A stretch of 64,000 nucleotides of DNA, from positions 32,001 through 96,000 of IMG/VR virus record IMGVR_UViG_3300032214_001486; one strand, 5' to 3'. Both the position numbers and the translations under genes were made by a program. The stretch is from a virus. How positions within the stretch are numbered: position 1 is the first letter of the stretch; the number at the start of each line of letters is the position of its first letter. Below, in pieces: positions 61,861 to 64,000 of this stretch. Below the pieces are notes generated by a model, which saw only the letters and a list, made by a program, of their open reading frames with translations, did not search any database and was not told the origin of the DNA.

Positions 61861-62751
61861 CTATGTGCTTGACTTCGACCGCTTCGTTGCCAGGGTCTTA
61901 ATCCCGGTGCGAAGGCGGTCCACTACAAACCCGGAAATCAAACCGACAATGATGATCGGAAAAAAATTGCGCGGGTGCAGCTTTGTAGTAACCTCTTTCC
62001 GTACATGCTGCACAAACGGAAGCGCCGGCCCCGCAGGGATGGGCGGAAGGGCCTCTTGGGCCTCCGAGGCCATCGCGCTCGCCGCTGCCGGCATGAGGCT
62101 GGTGAATAGGGAGGAAGCGGCCCCGTAGCTGATAGAGGGGCCAGCAAGCTCCGGCAGAATTGAAGTCTTTTTCTTCTTGTGGTGCTGGACAACATCCCAC
62201 CCTAAAGGAACACCCTGTAGCGTCGGCTCGGCATAGGCCCATTGTTTCGGTACATACGGGGGCCACCCGACCACGACATAAATATGCGACCACGAGGCAC
62301 GCTTTTTGGGTGTGCCTTCAATCCAGCGCACCATTTCGTTGCCGCGCTTTCCCGATAGCACATAACGCCAGGGAAGTCGCATACTTTCGTAGAGCGCGGC
62401 CAAAAGTATCGCCATATCGTCACAATCGCCGTGGCCCACGTCCAGGGTCACCAACGGGTCTTGTAGCCGCTCCCCGCTTTCATTGGCGTAGTAGATCGAC
62501 CCTTGAACCCAAGCAAGCATCGCCTCGGCCTGCTGCTTGTACTGTCGGGGCGGGATCTTCGCCGCCTTGCAAATGTCAACGGCCAGCTTCGCAATCCGGG
62601 GGTCTTTGCCCCCTTTAAGGGCGATCTCCCGCAACGCCGCGATGCGCGTAGGGTCATCCTGATTTTTCCAAGTGGGAAGGTGGTACACCTTTGTCGTCGC
62701 GTCGAGATCGACTTGACGAGTAGGAAACACACCCAATTGCTGCATGGTCAT
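61861..62751 (-). CDS. transglutaminase-like cysteine protease with C-terminal membrane anchor
   Basis: GDCDDMAIL (Cys), WSHIY (His), YAEPT (acid); C-terminal TM; ATGA overlap sets start. Confidence 0.85.
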   Translation of the reverse strand: MTMQQLGVFPTRQVDLDATTKVYHLPTWKNQDDPTRIAALREIALKGGKDPRIAKLAVDICKAAKIPPRQYKQQAEAMLAWVQGSIYYANESGERLQDPLVTLDVGHGDCDDMAILLAALYESMRLPWRYVLSGKRGNEMVRWIEGTPKKRASWSHIYVVVGWPPYVPKQWAYAEPTLQGVPLGWDVVQHHKKKKTSILPELAGPSISYGAASSLFTSLMPAAASAMASEAQEALPPIPAGPALPFVQHVRKEVTTKLHPRNFFPIIIVGLISGFVVDRLRTGIKTLATKRSKSST

Positions 62752-63029
62752 AGGGTCGCTCCGGTCTGGACAGCGGGAGAAGCGAGAACAGCGGCGGCTT
62801 CTGCCTTCTTTTTGCGTCGGGTCAGGACCAGCAGGACCACGCCGCCGAGCAAAAGAACGCCAGAGCCCGCCAAGGCAGGTACGAGCCAAACGGAGGGCTT
62901 CTTCTTCGGCTTCTTCTTCGGTTTCTTTTTCGCCGGGGTCGGAGCCGGGGCCGGGGGAGTGTTCCCCCAAGACTCAGACTGCGCGGAGGGCTGAAACTGA
63001 ATGGGGGGCTGAAAAATGGCTTGTGGCAT
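62748..63029 (-). CDS. small basic membrane protein
   Basis: KKKP repeats, TM helix, RRKKK; GAGGA RBS. Confidence 0.7.
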   Translation of the reverse strand: MPQAIFQPPIQFQPSAQSESWGNTPPAPAPTPAKKKPKKKPKKKPSVWLVPALAGSGVLLLGGVVLLVLTRRKKKAEAAAVLASPAVQTGATL

Positions 63030-63103
63030 ATCCTCACCTTATCGTGGTGAAGATATGCCACAGGGGACCGGGGAAGTCAAGGGGGCTCCCCGGTGGGCCC
63101 CGC

Positions 63104-63691
63104 CTACTTCCGCCGACGCTTGCGCCGAACGACCAAACCTTGCGGTGTACCGACCATTTCCTCTTGATCGTTCTCGACCAGAGGCCCCGTCGTCACCGCT
63201 TCCGCAAGGTTGCTCGATGCCTCCTGCTGCATCTGCTCGGCCATCTGTGCAAGGTCATCCTCGGACACAAACGGTTCAATGCCGAGCGATTGCAATAGGT
63301 TCTGCGCCTTGCGGGCCACCTTCAAGTCGCGCTCGGCCGGGCTGACATAGACGGCTTCCTGCTCAATAATGCTCGGGGCATAGGCAGGGTCCAGGGTCAA
63401 ACCCGCGTGCAGGGCGTCAACTTGGATCGTGATTGCCCGCAAGGCTTCGGCCGTTTGATCGGCCTGAGAGAGCGCGTCATAATTCTGGCGGATCAAGCCG
63501 TCCTTGACCTGCTGCAATTCCGTAAAGGCCGGGTTGACCTTCCGGTACTCCACCGTCACCTTCATCCACCCCAAGGGTAGCTCGGGCACCTCGTCGTCGC
63601 GGTTGGTGAAAATGTCCATCAAGTCGAGATCATCGTCGGTGGGCGACGACCCGTTGAGGGCGCAGGCGATATTCAGCCGCATCTTAGGCAT
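63104..63691 (-). CDS. hypothetical protein
   Basis: GGAAGG RBS; LPLGWMKVTV; ends RRKRRRK. Confidence 0.7.
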   Translation of the reverse strand: MPKMRLNIACALNGSSPTDDDLDLMDIFTNRDDEVPELPLGWMKVTVEYRKVNPAFTELQQVKDGLIRQNYDALSQADQTAEALRAITIQVDALHAGLTLDPAYAPSIIEQEAVYVSPAERDLKVARKAQNLLQSLGIEPFVSEDDLAQMAEQMQQEASSNLAEAVTTGPLVENDQEEMVGTPQGLVVRRKRRRK

Positions 63692-63732
63692 GTGTTTCCC
63701 CTTCCTTCCGTGTGTTAGGCCCGCTCAGCGGG

Positions 63733-64000
63733 CTACTCGGCGGCCGGATCAGCATCGTCGGGCAGCCGGCACCAATTGATATAGGGCGTGGTGTACTCCA
63801 AGTGATCTGCGAATTCTCGGTAGGCGAGGGCCGAGGCCACCTGCACGATATTTTCAGTCACTTGGCGGGCGCGCTTTTTGCCCCAATGCGGCACCAAAGC
63901 GAAGATCGCCTGGGTTAAGCCAGGGAAAGCGCGAATGTAGATCCAGGGAGCCTGCCCACCAAAATTGAGCATATCCATCAAAGCCTTTGCCCGGTCAGGC
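63733..64000 (-). CDS. hypothetical protein, probably truncated by window edge
   Basis: ORF 63733..63981 stays open to the end of the window. Confidence 0.5.
   Translation of the reverse strand, partial: PDRAKALMDMLNFGGQAPWIYIRAFPGLTQAIFALVPHWGKKRARQVTENIVQVASALAYREFADHLEYTTPYINWCRLPDDADPAAE

Larger units (their letters stand above)
1..64000. mobile_element. Segment of a large bacteriophage or provirus genome, probably tailless and membrane-containing
   Basis: Phage-type PolA, TK, MTases, recombinase, lysis-like genes, capsid-like genes and many ORFans. No host core genes and no att junction or termini seen. Confidence 0.85.

Noticed and set aside
46651-63029. Tailed-phage head-tail module or contractile injection system
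   Set aside because: No terminase, portal, sheath, tube, tape measure or baseplate motifs; gene sizes and many TM anchors fit an internal-membrane virion better. Such genes could still lie outside the window.
1-64000. tRNA/rRNA genes, inteins, introns, reverse transcriptase/DGR, alternative genetic code
   Set aside because: None recognisable by eye. Genes tile densely in the standard code with all three stop codons used. A tRNAscan/Infernal run would be needed to exclude RNA genes formally.

Overview
The window is a gene-dense, GC-rich segment of a large bacterial virus genome (at least 64 kb; no host housekeeping genes, rRNA, tRNA or genome ends seen). 1-14.4 kb, mostly + strand: replication and DNA-modification genes (UDG-like::PolA fusion, two DNA methyltransferases, DUF4326::AlkB-like fusion, thymidine kinase, Rad50/SMC-like ATPase, XerC/D-like recombinase, HTH regulators). 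14.4-15.2 kb: a structured inverted-repeat region at the strand switch. 15.2-21.5 kb: lysis-like genes, small early-type ORFs, a beta-rich virion-like protein and a flavodoxin-like protein. 21.5-46.5 kb, - strand: a long array of large orphan proteins plus two SNF2 helicases, a Nudix hydrolase and a GHKL ATPase::zincin. 46.6-64 kb, - strand: a morphogenesis-like module with two ~230-aa beta-rich capsid-like proteins (single jelly-roll type by my pattern recognition, not verified), very basic core-like proteins, many tail-anchored membrane proteins and a transglutaminase-like Cys protease. No terminase, portal or tail genes are visible. Best candidate for a new system (inference): a large tailless, membrane-containing virus with a motif-based virion sorting/maturation code. 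It has three parts: R-x-N motifs at termini and domain borders of core and cargo proteins, hydrophobic-x-G motifs in membrane proteins, and an N-terminal L-x-x-W-[VI]-[DE]-x-N-x-x-[RK]-T module shared by otherwise unrelated cargo-array proteins. Several single genes are also flanked by duplicated promoter/RBS leaders. All family calls come from motifs read by eye; no database search was run.
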